From NCBI RefSeq assembly GCF_009914755.1, contig NC_060943.1: a stretch of DNA of 64,000 nucleotides; one strand, 5' to 3'. This document shows, piece by piece, positions 44,516 to 60,509 of the stretch (position 1 is its first letter; every line of letters begins with the position of its first letter). Under the pieces are notes generated by a model. That model was not told the origin of the DNA. It saw only the letters and a program-made list of their open reading frames with translations, and ran no database searches. The position numbers and the translations under genes were made by a program. This stretch comes from the human T2T-CHM13v2.0 reference genome, Homo sapiens.

Positions 44516-45309
44516 TAGTAGAGACAGGGTTTCACCGTGTTGGCTAGGCTGGTCTCAAACTCCTGACCTCGGGTGATCTGCCCGCCTCGGCCTCCCCAAG
44601 TGCTGGGATGACAGGTGTAAGCACCATGCCCAGCCTACTGTCGAGCTCGTAAGACCCTCCCTCAGAAGTCTCAAGGCACCACTTCCCCTGCCTTCTGTTG
44701 CTAAAACAGGTCACAGGAGCAGCTACATTCAGGGGAGGGGAAATGAACTGTGTCTTTCCGTGGGAGGAGCAGCAAAGAATCTGTGACCATCACACCCAGC
44801 TTTTGAACCACTTCTTCTTTGTGTCTCAGTGTTTGTGGCATGCAGCATCCCTGTTGCCTGGGTCCAGGATGCCACCCTCCTACTGGGGTTGCAGCACCAA
44901 GGGGCTGGGCATTCCATCGAGCTGAGGGGTGGGGGCTCTGGATGGGAGGCTCCCTGGGGGGAGCTCACATCTTCCATGAAGCATCATGGTCATTGTTGCC
45001 CTGTCCTGCACCCTGTCCACTGCAGGCTGCCCTCTGTGGCTGGCCTTGGTGACAAGAGATGTGGGAGAGACCCTGGTCACCACCATGGGAGGAGTCCCCA
45101 GGCACCAGGGGCAAATGAACAGAGTGAATGCCAGGAGGACCATTTAGGTGCAATATGACCAAAAATAAGTTAAGTCCAAGTGGGCTGCATCATCAACAAG
45201 AACATCCCCCAGCCTCCATGAAACAGCCCAAAACCTGGAGCAAGACGGTTCCCTGACGCTGAGCGATGCCATTCACAGCAGCGTTCCTGAATACCCCCCA
45301 TGCAGGCAC

Positions 45310-46280
<971 letters not shown>

Positions 46281-46852
46281 TACCCTCAAAGGACGCTGCA
46301 GGATGAGCCTTCATTCTCTGGGACAGCAGAGAAAGTAGACAAAGGAGAGAAACTTCTCTCAGAGTCACCCATCCTCTGACTGGATCCCGTGCCCCTGTGA
46401 AGAGGCAGATCCCAGTGCCCCACACTTGGCTCTGGGGCCACCCACTGCCGCCAGGCTCTGTCCCTGCGGTTGGTGGGGGTGAGGGCAGACCCTGCTCTGT
46501 GCTGCTTCCTCACCCACCAAAACTTCCTGACGTCGCCCTGTTCCGTTGGCTGCGCTGCATATGGGAATGCAGTGCTGGGCAGGCCCAGCCTCCCAGCTGG
46601 GAAGGGGTGTCGCCACTGGCTGCAAAGACAGGTCTTCTTTTCCCCCAAGTCTGTGTTTATGCCCTACTAGAGACTGTTGGGTGTAATTCCCAGAAAGTTC
46701 TGGAATGATCTAAAATGAGGAAATAGAAAAAAGTTGTAGAATCGGGCCAGGCGCAGTGGCTCATGCCTGTAAACCCAGCACTTTGGGAGGCTGAGGCAGG
46801 TGGATCACCTGAGGTCATGAGTTGGAGACCAACCTGGCCAACATGGCAACAT

Positions 46853-47100
46853 GGGCAGACATCACCAATTAATCATCGAATGATGTTTCTCCTGACCTCC
46901 TTCCTCCTGTGTACAGGGTAGGCATCACCAATCAAGCAATGATGTTGGTTGACTGGGGAACGCTGCTGTTTGTCCTGCCTTCCTTCCTCTTGTGCACAGG
47001 GCAGACATCACCAATCAACCAATGATGCCCACACTGCTTCCCTCCCATGCACAAAGCAGACATCACCAATCAATCGAGCAGCACCAGGAGGAAACCAATT
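46853..47100. repeat. Four-copy degenerate repeat with core GGCAGACATCACCAATCAA, probably derived from an old ERVL LTR
   Basis: Copies at about 46854, 46917, 47000 and 47056. Confidence 0.75.
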
Positions 47101-47559
47101 TGGCAGTTCAATCCGTCTTCAACTCTATCCTTTTATAGATAAGGTTGAGGCCCAGGGACCTGGTCAAGGGCAACTACAGGGCAGATCCCTCCTCCTCTTC
47201 CTGGGAATTAGCTTTGTCTCTTGTTCCTGGAGCAAATTCAGGAAAATTGCAAGGTCATGTACATTTTCAGCCCAGGGCATGAGTCACTTGATCCCTGCTG
47301 TCCAGAGCTGGACCCGGAGATGATGGCCAGGACTGTCCCCTTGCAGGGAGGCCACTGAGGCTGGCAGGGCCAAGACTGGGCAGTGAGCCACTCCAGGCGG
47401 GAAAGCCCTTTGTCACTGGAGCTGCTCTGAACGCTGCCGCCAAGTCGCAGGCAGCTGTTGTCATCTGCTCAGCGTCCTTCCCCTTCCCCGGCAACTACTC
47501 CTCCTGCTGTGGGGAACCTGGCCCACCCGACTCCTGTGTTCTCAGGGCGCTGCCCCTCG

Positions 47560-48400
47560 TGGAACCTGCCCTTCTGGTCACCAGGACATTGCCTAAACCA
47601 GGCCTGGCCAGTCATCTGGGAGGGGCCAATGCCAGACAATAAGAGACTTTCCTGGGATTTTATAGCGATCCTGGGAGAGAAGAGCTCTGTTTTATTTGGG
47701 GGTTGCTAAACTAAGCCACAGCTGCCACCACGGACGGAAGAAGCTTGGAGTGAAAGAATGAAGCCAAGGCACAGAGACGGAGAGACAAGGAGAGGGAGAG
47801 AGAGAGGGAAAGGTAGAGACAGAGAGAGATGTGGGGAGGGAGAGAGAGACAGAGAGATAGAGAGGTAGAGATAGAGACAGAGGGATATAGAGAGGGAGAG
47901 AGAGACGGAGACAGAGGATGAAAGAGACGAGACACAGTTGGAGATAGAGGGAGAGATGCAGAGACAGAGAGAGATAGAGAGGGAGAAACAGAGACAGACA
48001 GAGCTAGGAAGGGAGAGAGAGACAGAGAGAGGAAGAGAAAGGGAGAGACACAGAGACAGAGACAGAGAGCTTGAGAGACAGAGAGAGAGGCAGAGGAAGA
48101 AAGAGGCAGAAAGACAAATAGAGAGACAGAGACAGGGAGAGACAGAGACATAGACAGAAAGATGGCGAGCACTCCAGCCTGGGCAATAGAGCAAGGTTCC
48201 ATCTCAAAAAAAAAGAGAGACATAGAGACAGAGACAGGAAAAGACAGAGAGATAGAGACAGAGAGAGAGAAAAAAGAGAGAGAGAGAGACATGAGGACAA
48301 AGAGAAAGGTCCACAGGCACTGAGCTTGAGTCACCCCTGGTTGCAGCCATGCCTGAAGGCAGCTCTGCCCGACCGCTGAGTTCCACAGCCCAGCATCTGT
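47560..48400 (+). mobile_element. LTR16-like ERVL LTR with an expanded (GA)-rich tract (about 47770-48305) and a small Alu 3' fragment
   Basis: gaatgaagccaaggcacagag before the tract and cagccatgcctgaaggcagc after it. Alu fragment cactccagcctgggc...ctcaaaa at about 48169-48215. Confidence 0.6.
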
Positions 48401-49109
48401 GATGGGCTGCACCTGTGTATTAGCACGTTACTGATAAGGCCCAGCTGCTTTAACAAATCGGCCCGCCTGGCGTAGCGGCTCCGGCACAGTGGACGTTTAC
48501 TTCTTGCTCTAGGCCGGCGACCCAGGCAGCTCCACAGGTGACCTGAGGACTCACGGTCCCTCATCTGGGCTCCATGACCCCCCAGGGCCCCATGTGCTCC
48601 TCCTCCTGGGGTTGGAAGGGGAATGGAGGCCCAGGGTGGACAGCAGGAAGAAGACACGTGGCTGGAGGCACAAGCCCGCGGCGGCCTCAGCAACAGGACC
48701 CAGCTTTCCTTCCTGCGAGGCATGAGTCTGGCCCCTGCCCCCGGGCTCCTGACCCTCCAGCCAACCCGGCCTCGGAATGAGTGGCCCCGAGAGGGCCCCG
48801 GGCCACAGGGCTGTGGGGACACCTCCAGCTGTAACAGGCGGCAGGACCAGGAGGTGAGCAAGGGGGGAAAAGCTTCCAGAAGTTTTCCCAGACGCTGCGA
48901 CCCTGAGGCTGGGCCTTCAAGGATGAATGGGGCGAGAGTGGGAGAAGGGCTTCCTGGGCAGAGGATGTGCGGCTGTTGGGACAGTGGCATCTCTAACAAA
49001 ATACCGTAGGTGGGGCAGCTTAGACACAACAAATTTACTTCTCACAGCTTTGGAGAGCGTGGAGGTTCAAGACCAAGGTGTGGGCAGCTTTGGTATCTGC
49101 TGAGGGCCT

Positions 49110-51350
<2,241 letters not shown>

Positions 51351-51849
51351 CACACCCTACCTTATAACATCATCTGAAATCATTACACAGGGCTCTCTCC
51401 TCCCCCTAGGACCGAGGACTCCCTAGGAAACGATGCCAAGAGTCTAGCTCACTGTTCTATTCTCAGAGCCACTGGCAGGCACTTAATACATATTTGAATG
51501 AATGTGTCTCCTTCGACTTTAAAAATGCCCCCACCGGGAAGTGCGTGGGGGATGTGGGAAGGCCGGAAACCATTTCTGCAGCTGCCAGTCCCCTTCCAGG
51601 CCCTGTCATGGGATGGAGCAGGGCATCACTGTGCGGCGCCTTGGCCTGTGGATCCCCTCCCCACGTTTCTTGCCCGGTGCAGGCCGGAAGGCAGGCAGGT
51701 ACAAGCAAGGAGTCGGCTCTACGCGCAGAGCCCCAGGGGAGCGGCCCGTGCTGGGCATGGCAGTCCCAGCAGTGCATTTGTCTAGCTGCCGGCCGCGGGT
51801 CCGGGGCCACTTCCTCTCTGCTCCTTGCTGATGTCACGGTGGATGAAGA

Positions 51850-53000
51850 CAACGGGGCACCCACGTCACCGCTGTTCTCCCCCTGAACACGGAGCAGTTA
51901 TTCTAGAACTGTTTTCCCCTCCTCGCCCAGGAAAGCCAGATGGAAAAACCCTCTTGCCCTGAACCAGCTCATTTTCTGGCCAGTCGCCCCTTCCAGCGCC
52001 TGTCCCGGAAACCTCGCGGCCTAGCGCGCGCAGCCCGCCGCCTCCCCGCGCCGCGCCCGCCACCGCCCCACGCACGGAACATCCCGCGGCGCCGCCCGTC
52101 CGTGACGTCAGGTGGCGAGACTGTGACGTAACACACGGCGGCAGGGCGGTGCCAGGACGACCAGCCACGCGTCGCCATGGCAACAGCGGGCGGGGAGGGG
52201 CGGGCGGCGGAAGGCCCGCCCCTAGAAGGGTGTGGAAACCGTTAGACCCCCTTTCCTGCCCGCGCGCGCCCTCGCGGCCACGCGCTTTCGGTGTCCCCCG
52301 CGGGCAGCGGCCCGGCGGCCTCGTAGCGGCCGCAAAACGCCGTGGCCGTCGCGCGGCGCCATCCGTTGTCGCAAAGCGGCGCGAGAAACGCCCGGCCGGG
52401 TGTTGGCCCCGCCCCGCGCTGTGACGTCGGCGGCGCGCGCCCCCGGCGCCCTGGCCGCGGCTGCGCAGTGGGGCGCGTATGGCTGCCGCCCCCCGCTGGC
52501 AGACGCTGGCGGCGTAAGGCGCGCGGGCCCCGGAGCGGGCGCGGCGGAGCGCGGCGAGCCCGGCGCCTCCCGTCCCGAACATGCGGAGGCCGGCCCAGGC
52601 GGCGCGGGAGCCGGAGCGGGGGCCCAAGCGGGCACCGGAGCCGGAGCGCGAGGGGGCGCGGGGCCCGGAGCGGGGGTCCGCGCTGCGCTGCTGAGGCCGG
52701 GCCGGCCGCCCAGACGCTGCCCGCGGGCCCGGCCACGGCGGAGCCAAGGTAACGACGCGCGCGCCCGCCCCGGCCCCTTCACCCCCTGCACCCTGGCCCT
52801 GGGCGCCCCCAGTGACCCCCGGCGCCCCCGCCCCCACACTCGGTGTCCACTGCCCTCCTGCGCCCTGCCGACCCCGTGCTCCGGACCCCAGCGCCCCCCA
52901 ACCCGTCTAACCGCCCCGCAAGCTGACCCCCACACTCAGGGCCCCACCGCCGCAACACCCCGTTGACCCTGCACTCGGGACCCCAGCGTCCCCCACCGCC
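51850..53000 (+). promoter_or_regulatory. CSNK1G2: CpG-island promoter of CSNK1G2
   Basis: Very CpG-dense. Perfect CRE TGACGTCA at 52103, CRE variants at 52124 and 52422, RFX X-box GTCGCCATGGCAAC at 52171, GC boxes. Gene name comes from locus order after SCAMP4. Confidence 0.8.
52490..52748 (+). other. CSNK1G2: CSNK1G2 (casein kinase 1 gamma 2) non-coding exon 1; 5' end approximate
   Basis: Donor AAG|GTAACG at 52748/52749 within the CpG island. No kinase CDS in the window, so identity rests on locus knowledge. Confidence 0.75.
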
Positions 53001-56000
53001 CTAACCCGCGCTCAGGACCTCCGGACACAGCCCCACGCTGACCTCCACACTCAGGAGTCTGCCGCCCCAGTGACCCTCACACTCCAGACCCTGCCCCCGC
53101 CGCCCCAGTGACCCCCCCACTCTGCACCCCGGTGACTGTCGTGCTCCAACTCTCCTGCCCTCCGCTGAGCCTTTAGTCCCCACCCCACCTCCCGCCTTCT
53201 TCCCCCACCCAGTGCTCAAGCCCACCGCCCACTCACCCGCGTCCCTCACGCCTCCCCGCGTTCTGGTCCCGAGGCCCCTGCCCACCTGGCCCCATCGCCT
53301 CCTCCTGTCTTGGCCTGGCCCCTCCCCACGCAGCTGTGTCCCCGTCCTCACTTTGTGGTCCTAAAGCTCTTGAGGGGGAGAGCAGGGGGTGGTGGGGGGG
53401 AGGAAGGTGGTCTGATCCGCAGGGACCTGTTGCGGCACTGCCTGGGAACTCCCGGCTGGGCTCGCTGCCCCCTCCCCCTTCCGCTGTGGCCACCGGCTTT
53501 GTTTTCCGGAAACGCACGGATCAGGGAGGGAGGGTGAGATGTCTGAGCAGGGCCTGCGGTGGCCTCACCGATCCCCGATCCCCGCCTGGCTCCTCTCTCC
53601 CAACTTTCTTAGGGGAAGACTTTCCCGTTGAGGGGCGTGGGGGCTGAGAGGACATTCGGGGACTGTTGCGTCTTGAGCCAGAATGGCTTTGGGACAGCTG
53701 GTTCTTATTCCTGTGGCCTCCGGATGGCATTGTTTGCAGGAAGCGGGCCGGAGGGTTGTCTGTGTAGGTGGAGTCCAGCATCTTCTCCCCGTTACGCTCC
53801 ACCGTGTGGCCCAGTGCGCCGGGGCGGTCCACAAGGCCATGTGGGGCTCTGCCTCCCCACCCCAGGACATGCAGGAGCCTTCTTGGTGTTTCCTGGCTCC
53901 CGGAGGCCCTGGTAGCTCGTGGGTGTGGGAGCTGAGCAGGAAGGTACAAAGGCTCCTGTCTGGGGGAAAAACCCAGCCGTCCCGCCACGGGAAGGCGCTC
54001 GGATTAGGGAGGGGGCTGGGCGGGGGTTGGCAGCTGGGGATGGAAGCACCCCGGGCTACTCTGCCCTGCACAGCCCAGCCTAGCCTGGGGTGCCTCTGTG
54101 CAGAGGAAAGACTGTGTGCCAGGGCCCCCAGGTTTGAAAGGGGGAAGTTCGCGGTTGTCACTGGTACTTTGTTTTGTTTTCCCCTGTGTCTCCACCAAAA
54201 CGAAACGCTCTGGGCTGGGCTGACTGATGAGTTTCCCAGGCAGGCAGCCCCCGGGAGTGTGTGCAGGTACGCGCACGCCTGCCTTGACGTCTCTAGGGCC
54301 GAGAGTGTTTTGCTCAGCCCCCCACAGTGAGCTCTGAGAGCCGCTCCTGCACAGACGAGAGGGAACGGGAGACCTGCATGCAGGGGAGCCGGGTCTGGAC
54401 GGGGTCCCAATGGGAGGGCCAGGTCTGGGGGTGAGAGGCCAACCATGTGTCCTGCAGGACCGTGCAGCGGGCAAATGGGGTGAGATGTTGGAGGAGCTGG
54501 CTCTGTTCCCTTCACCCCGGTGGGAGGCGAAACCCCAAGTGGTCTGTAGTGTCTGGATTTACTGTGCCTGCTGTGCCTTCGGACTTCCTTGTGTGTCTAG
54601 GGGCTTCCTGTCTGATTTGAACCTGTCTAGTTCCTCTGAAGAGGATGAGGGAGCAGCGCCTCATTGCCTGGGCTCTGGGCAGGTCTGGGAGCCAGGCCGT
54701 TTGCAGGATGGCCCGCGATGGTGCAGCACTTTGTGCAGACAGATTTTGTGGAATTGCCGATTTGGGTTTCTTCTTTTCTTCTCCTCCTTTTTAATAATAC
54801 AGTAATTACTCTGGGCTACAAAGGAAGTAGGCGAGGGTTTTTTTAATTGAAAGTTCCTGTTGCTCATCCCAAGCTTAGGGGAAGCCAGTATGCCAGCCAT
54901 TAATTTGGGGATTGGGGTAGTCCTGTTGGTGTGCCAGGCACGGTTGGGAGGGGGGGCACTGTGTCTTTTGGAACTGGTGGGGGTTACCGCGCGCCCGAGT
55001 GGCAGACTCTAGCGCCCCAGCAGATGCGTCCGCAGAGCCACTGGGACGGACGGAAGCTGAGCTTAGGGACAGCCGGAGTTGCTTGCCCTGGGGCATCTGG
55101 AGAGGGGGATCCTGTTGAGCGTTTGATGTTGCCTCCTTTCTGCACCCCCCACCGAGCTGCCCCAGGCCCCCAGGGGCTCATGGGCCGTCAAGGCCTTGAC
55201 CGAGGCCTGGCGGAGGGCGGGTGGTGGATGGAGGCAGCGCTGTGGGTGCTGTTGGGGCCGAGTGCCGGGCACAGCCTGGCAGGGGCTGCGGGCCTCGGGT
55301 GGCGGTGGGCAGGCCAGCATGTGGGGCTGGCTGACTTTCTCTGAACCCAGAGGGGACACAGGGCCCATGTGAAGGAGGCCTGGCCCGAGTCCTGGTTAGG
55401 GTTGCGGTGGTGGCGGGCAGCTGTGGGCTTCGTCCTCAGGTCAGCCTCAAGTCCTGTGTCCAGCTAGGGCTCGGTGGCCGTGCGCGTGTTGGGTCGAGCT
55501 CTGGTGTCAGGCGTGCCGGGTCCGCCTCCCCCATCCCGCGGATCTGCAGATCTGCAAATGCTCCGCCGGCAGCCACACGAGAGAACCTGTTGGTTGGCGG
55601 CCTCTGTGCAAGGCCGTCTGAGTGAGGCCTGCAGTCTGGAGGCTCCCTAGGTCGGGAGGCTCCGCGTCTGCTTCTTCCTCATTCTGGAGTTCTCGTGGGG
55701 CCCGTGCTGTGGGGCTTCCTGGGAAGTGGGTGGAGCGCCCATTTTACAGATGAGGAAGTCGAGGCCTACCTGGCCTGCTTGGGTAGAGGAGAAGGTGGTG
55801 TTTCCCGAGGGCTGACTCCCACACCTGTGCTTCTCTGGTCACCCGCCGTGCCAGTGGGAGCAGTGACAGTGAGGGGTGGTGGCCCTGCGGCCAGGGGACG
55901 GGCCTCACCGCCTTCCCCATCCTCTCTGCTGGCTCTGTCCAGAGGGCTGTGCCGCCCTGTGACTGGCACGTGGGTGCAGCCGTCTGCTGGGTGGGTCTGT

Positions 56001-57473
56001 CCGGGAGCTTGACTGGCCTGGCTGGGTGGGGGGGGTACCCCTTTGTGCTACCTCAGCGAGGGCTCAAAGTGAGGGTCTGGGACCACCAGAACGGTGTATT
56101 CAATGCACTGCGGGCAGCCCTGCAGCCGGCAGGGATTGAGTGAGGGGTGGGGCCTGCCTGGCTCCTGGCAAGCACCCGTCTGGCGGGCGGGGCCCAGTGA
56201 GCCTCCTCCCTTTGCCCGGTCCTCCTGTAGTGGGGCAGGAACCTCTAGCATCCCACCCTTGCTGCCCTTTTTCTGCCCCGCTCACCACCCACATCAACTT
56301 GTCACCAGCAAGGGCATGGGACAAAGCAGGACATGCCCCGGGTGGCCAGCGTGAGCTAGCTGTGCCCAGGAGCATTGCCCATGCTGTCCCCCAGGCACTG
56401 TCCTGAAGCCCTGCTGGGTTCTGAGTCCTCCAGGCTCCGCGGCCCCTTCTCGCCCTGCCCAGAGTCTCTGGCCACCACCGCTGCTTGGGGCCCTGCACCA
56501 GCCTGTGCGCCCGCAAGGTTGCCAGGGCCCCTCTGCAGGTGCAGCGTGAGCTGTGTCCTGGGCCCACAGGGGAGCCGCTTCTCAGACCCCCGGGCTGGCC
56601 CCAGGCTCCCCCGGCAGCACTCAGGCGGCCCTGGCCCCCGGTGCGGCTGACTGTTCGGGGCACGCGTCTGAGGTGTGGGGATCATCTCCCCCTTGCTCAG
56701 AGCCCCCAACGTGTCCCCTGCACAGGGAATCGGGGCAGCCCCCTGCCAGCCCTGCCCAGGGATCCCTCCTGTCACCCTCAGGCGTGCTCCTGGGTGGCCC
56801 AGCGGCCTCCCTGCACCGTGAGGCCCGAGACAGTTTCGCGTGACATCATGTTGAAAACAGCCAGCTCTGGCCGGGCGCGGGGGCTCCCACCTGTCATCCC
56901 AGCACTTTGGGAGGCCGAGGTGGGCGGATCACCTGAGGTCAGGAGTTCAAGACTAGTCTGGCCAACATGGCAAAACCCCATCTCCACTAAAAATACAAAA
57001 ATTAGCCGGGCGTGGTGGCGTGCGCCCATAATCCCAGCTACTCGAGAGGCTGAGGCAGGAGAATCACTTGAACCCGGGAGGTGGAGGTTTTAGTGAGCCA
57101 GGATCGCGCCACTGCACTCCAGCCTGGGCAACAGAGCGAGACTCCGTCTCAAAAAAAAAAAAAAAAAGCTGGTTCTCCCTTGATGCGCATCTGCTGAACT
57201 TCTGGGGCACGCTGGGGTAGAGCAGTGGGTCCCTCCCTGGAGAGGCCATGGGGTGAGGACTGAAGCTGTGGGTGCCAAGTGGGGCAGGCAGCCCAGTGGA
57301 GTGGGGCAAGAGACTCTGGTCTGGCCGGCCTGACCCGTGGGGTATGACTCTTGTTACGGCAGATTCCATCTAGGAGCGGAGGCCACGCGTATGTTCCCGG
57401 GAGAGGTGGGAAGTGCATCCCGTGGCCTATCCCGGGGAGGTCACTCCCATTCCATACCTGCAGGGGGAGCTAG

Positions 57474-58400
<927 letters not shown>

Positions 58401-59685
58401 CTATCGCTATTTAAAAGGCAGAGAAAATCTTAGAGGTTTTTTTATTGTCACCAGCGGTGTTTCGTTGATGCGTAATTGCCTTTGGAGGCTTGAAAAAAGT
58501 TGTGCTTAAAGGTAATCCCTCAATTATCTGGAAACTTCCACCCTCCAGAGTGAGGCACCCCAAGTCCTGGTCTGGATTCGTGGACAGAGTCCCTGCCTGT
58601 GAGGCCTGATGGCCAGTCCTCTCGCCTTGGCCGTGGTGCTTCAGGCCCTGTTGCAGGTGGGACCCGCCCTCCTTAGGGACCTTGTTTCCCAGGTGATGCT
58701 CATGTAATCTGCGGTGACCTCTGCCCCTTCCCATCTGACCTCTGTCCCCAGGAAAGATGGCAGGCGTGCGAGGGCTCATCCTGTCCGCGGCAGTTGTGCC
58801 CCTCGGGCTTCTGCTCCAGTGGTCCTGGGGCAGGGCAGCTGGCGCTGATGCCCGGGCTCTGCCTGGGGACAGTTCCCAGGACGGGAGCCTGAGGGCAGCG
58901 CACGGGACCAGCGTGAGGACACGGACTGGCCCGTGTCTGCCTCTGACTTGCTGGGTGTGCCTTTGAGTTCCTCTGAGGGTGGGTGCGCCGAGGGGGATCC
59001 AGCTGGGCCCTGGCCACGTGCAGGCCAGCCAGAGCCCTGGAGCCTGCAGGTGGGCTGGGACAGGGCTTGCGACCGCAGGGGTGGTGTGCGTTTGCGCTGG
59101 CGTCTGCACAGGTGTGTGCGTGCCGTGCCATCACGCTGGTCAGGCCTGTACGCCGTGGAGAGGGGCGCTGTGTGGGGCTCGCTGCCTGAGCCCTGGGTGG
59201 ACCGTGGCTGCCCCATGAGTTGTCGGGGACCTCCGCTGCCCCTTGGACCTCGCCCGCGGCCCTGGGCAATGGGTGTGGTGACGTCCTGGGGCCCCCATGA
59301 GTCAGCTCGTCCTCGTTGTGCCCGGGCACTGGCCTCTCCTTCCTGTGGGCGCACAGCCCCGGTTCCTCTGAAAGCTTCGTGGGCCGGGACCCGGGATGAG
59401 CTGGTTAAACCCTGGCCCTGTGAGCAGGAGGTGTGGCTTCGGGGCGCGGCCCCGCCCTGGGCTCAGACTTGATCCTGCACCGGAGGGAGCCATTCTGGAA
59501 GGCCGCTGCCCCGGGCCCTGTCCCTCCCCCTCTCATCCCCAGGGTGCTGGCCAGAGCCGGGCTGACAGCGTTTCTTAAAATTAACGATCCCGGCCGGGCG
59601 TGGTGGCTCACGCCTGTAATCCCAGCACTTTGGGAGGCCGAGGCGGGTGGATCACGAGGTCAGGAGATCGAGACCATCCTGGCTA

Positions 59686-59937
<252 letters not shown>

Positions 59938-60049
59938 TTACCAGCCTTATTTCGGTGTGGTCCTTAGAGCATGAGCCACTTTTTTTTGCTGGGAACATAA
60001 TCCACGTTTGGTAAAATTCGGCAACGTGTGCACGCAAGTGGTTTTTGTA

Positions 60050-60507
60050 CAGCTGACCCTTGAGCAGGGTGGGGTTTAGGGCAGCAGCCCCTCATGTAGC
60101 AAAATACCCTCGTATAGCTTTCGAGTCCTCCAGACGCCACTGCCGACAGCCTGCTGGTGACCAGAGGCCTCGGGAGGACACGTGGTCCGCGCACACATAC
60201 CTCGTGTGTTGTGTTAGGTGCTGCGTTCTCACAGTGAGGGAAGCTGGAGACCAGAACATGTGGAGAAAAGCAGAAGGAAGAGAAACCCTGTTTGCTCTTC
60301 ACGCAGTGGAAGTAATGCTCATGGAAGCCTCTGTCCTCGTCGTGTTCACGTTGAGGGCTGAGGAAGGGAGGGTGGGTCTCGCTGTCTCGGGTGGCAGAGC
60401 GGGAAGGAGCCAGGAGAGGCTGGCGCCCTCAGGGCAACCTTTATTGAAAAAATCCACGTCAGAGTGGACCTGTCAGTTCAAACCTGCCGTGGTCAAGGCT
60501 CCTCTGT
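60050..60507. mobile_element. Tigger2-like (TcMar) DNA transposon remnant
   Basis: Degenerate terminal inverted repeats: tacagctgacccttgagca on the left and gtggacctgtcagttcaaacctgccgtggtcaagg...ctg on the right. Confidence 0.65.
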
Positions 60508-60509
60508 GA

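Noticed and set aside
51866-52966. Long Arg/Gly/Ala/Pro-rich ORFs on both strands at the CSNK1G2 CpG island
   Set aside because: Compositional artefact of very high GC; no kinase motifs.
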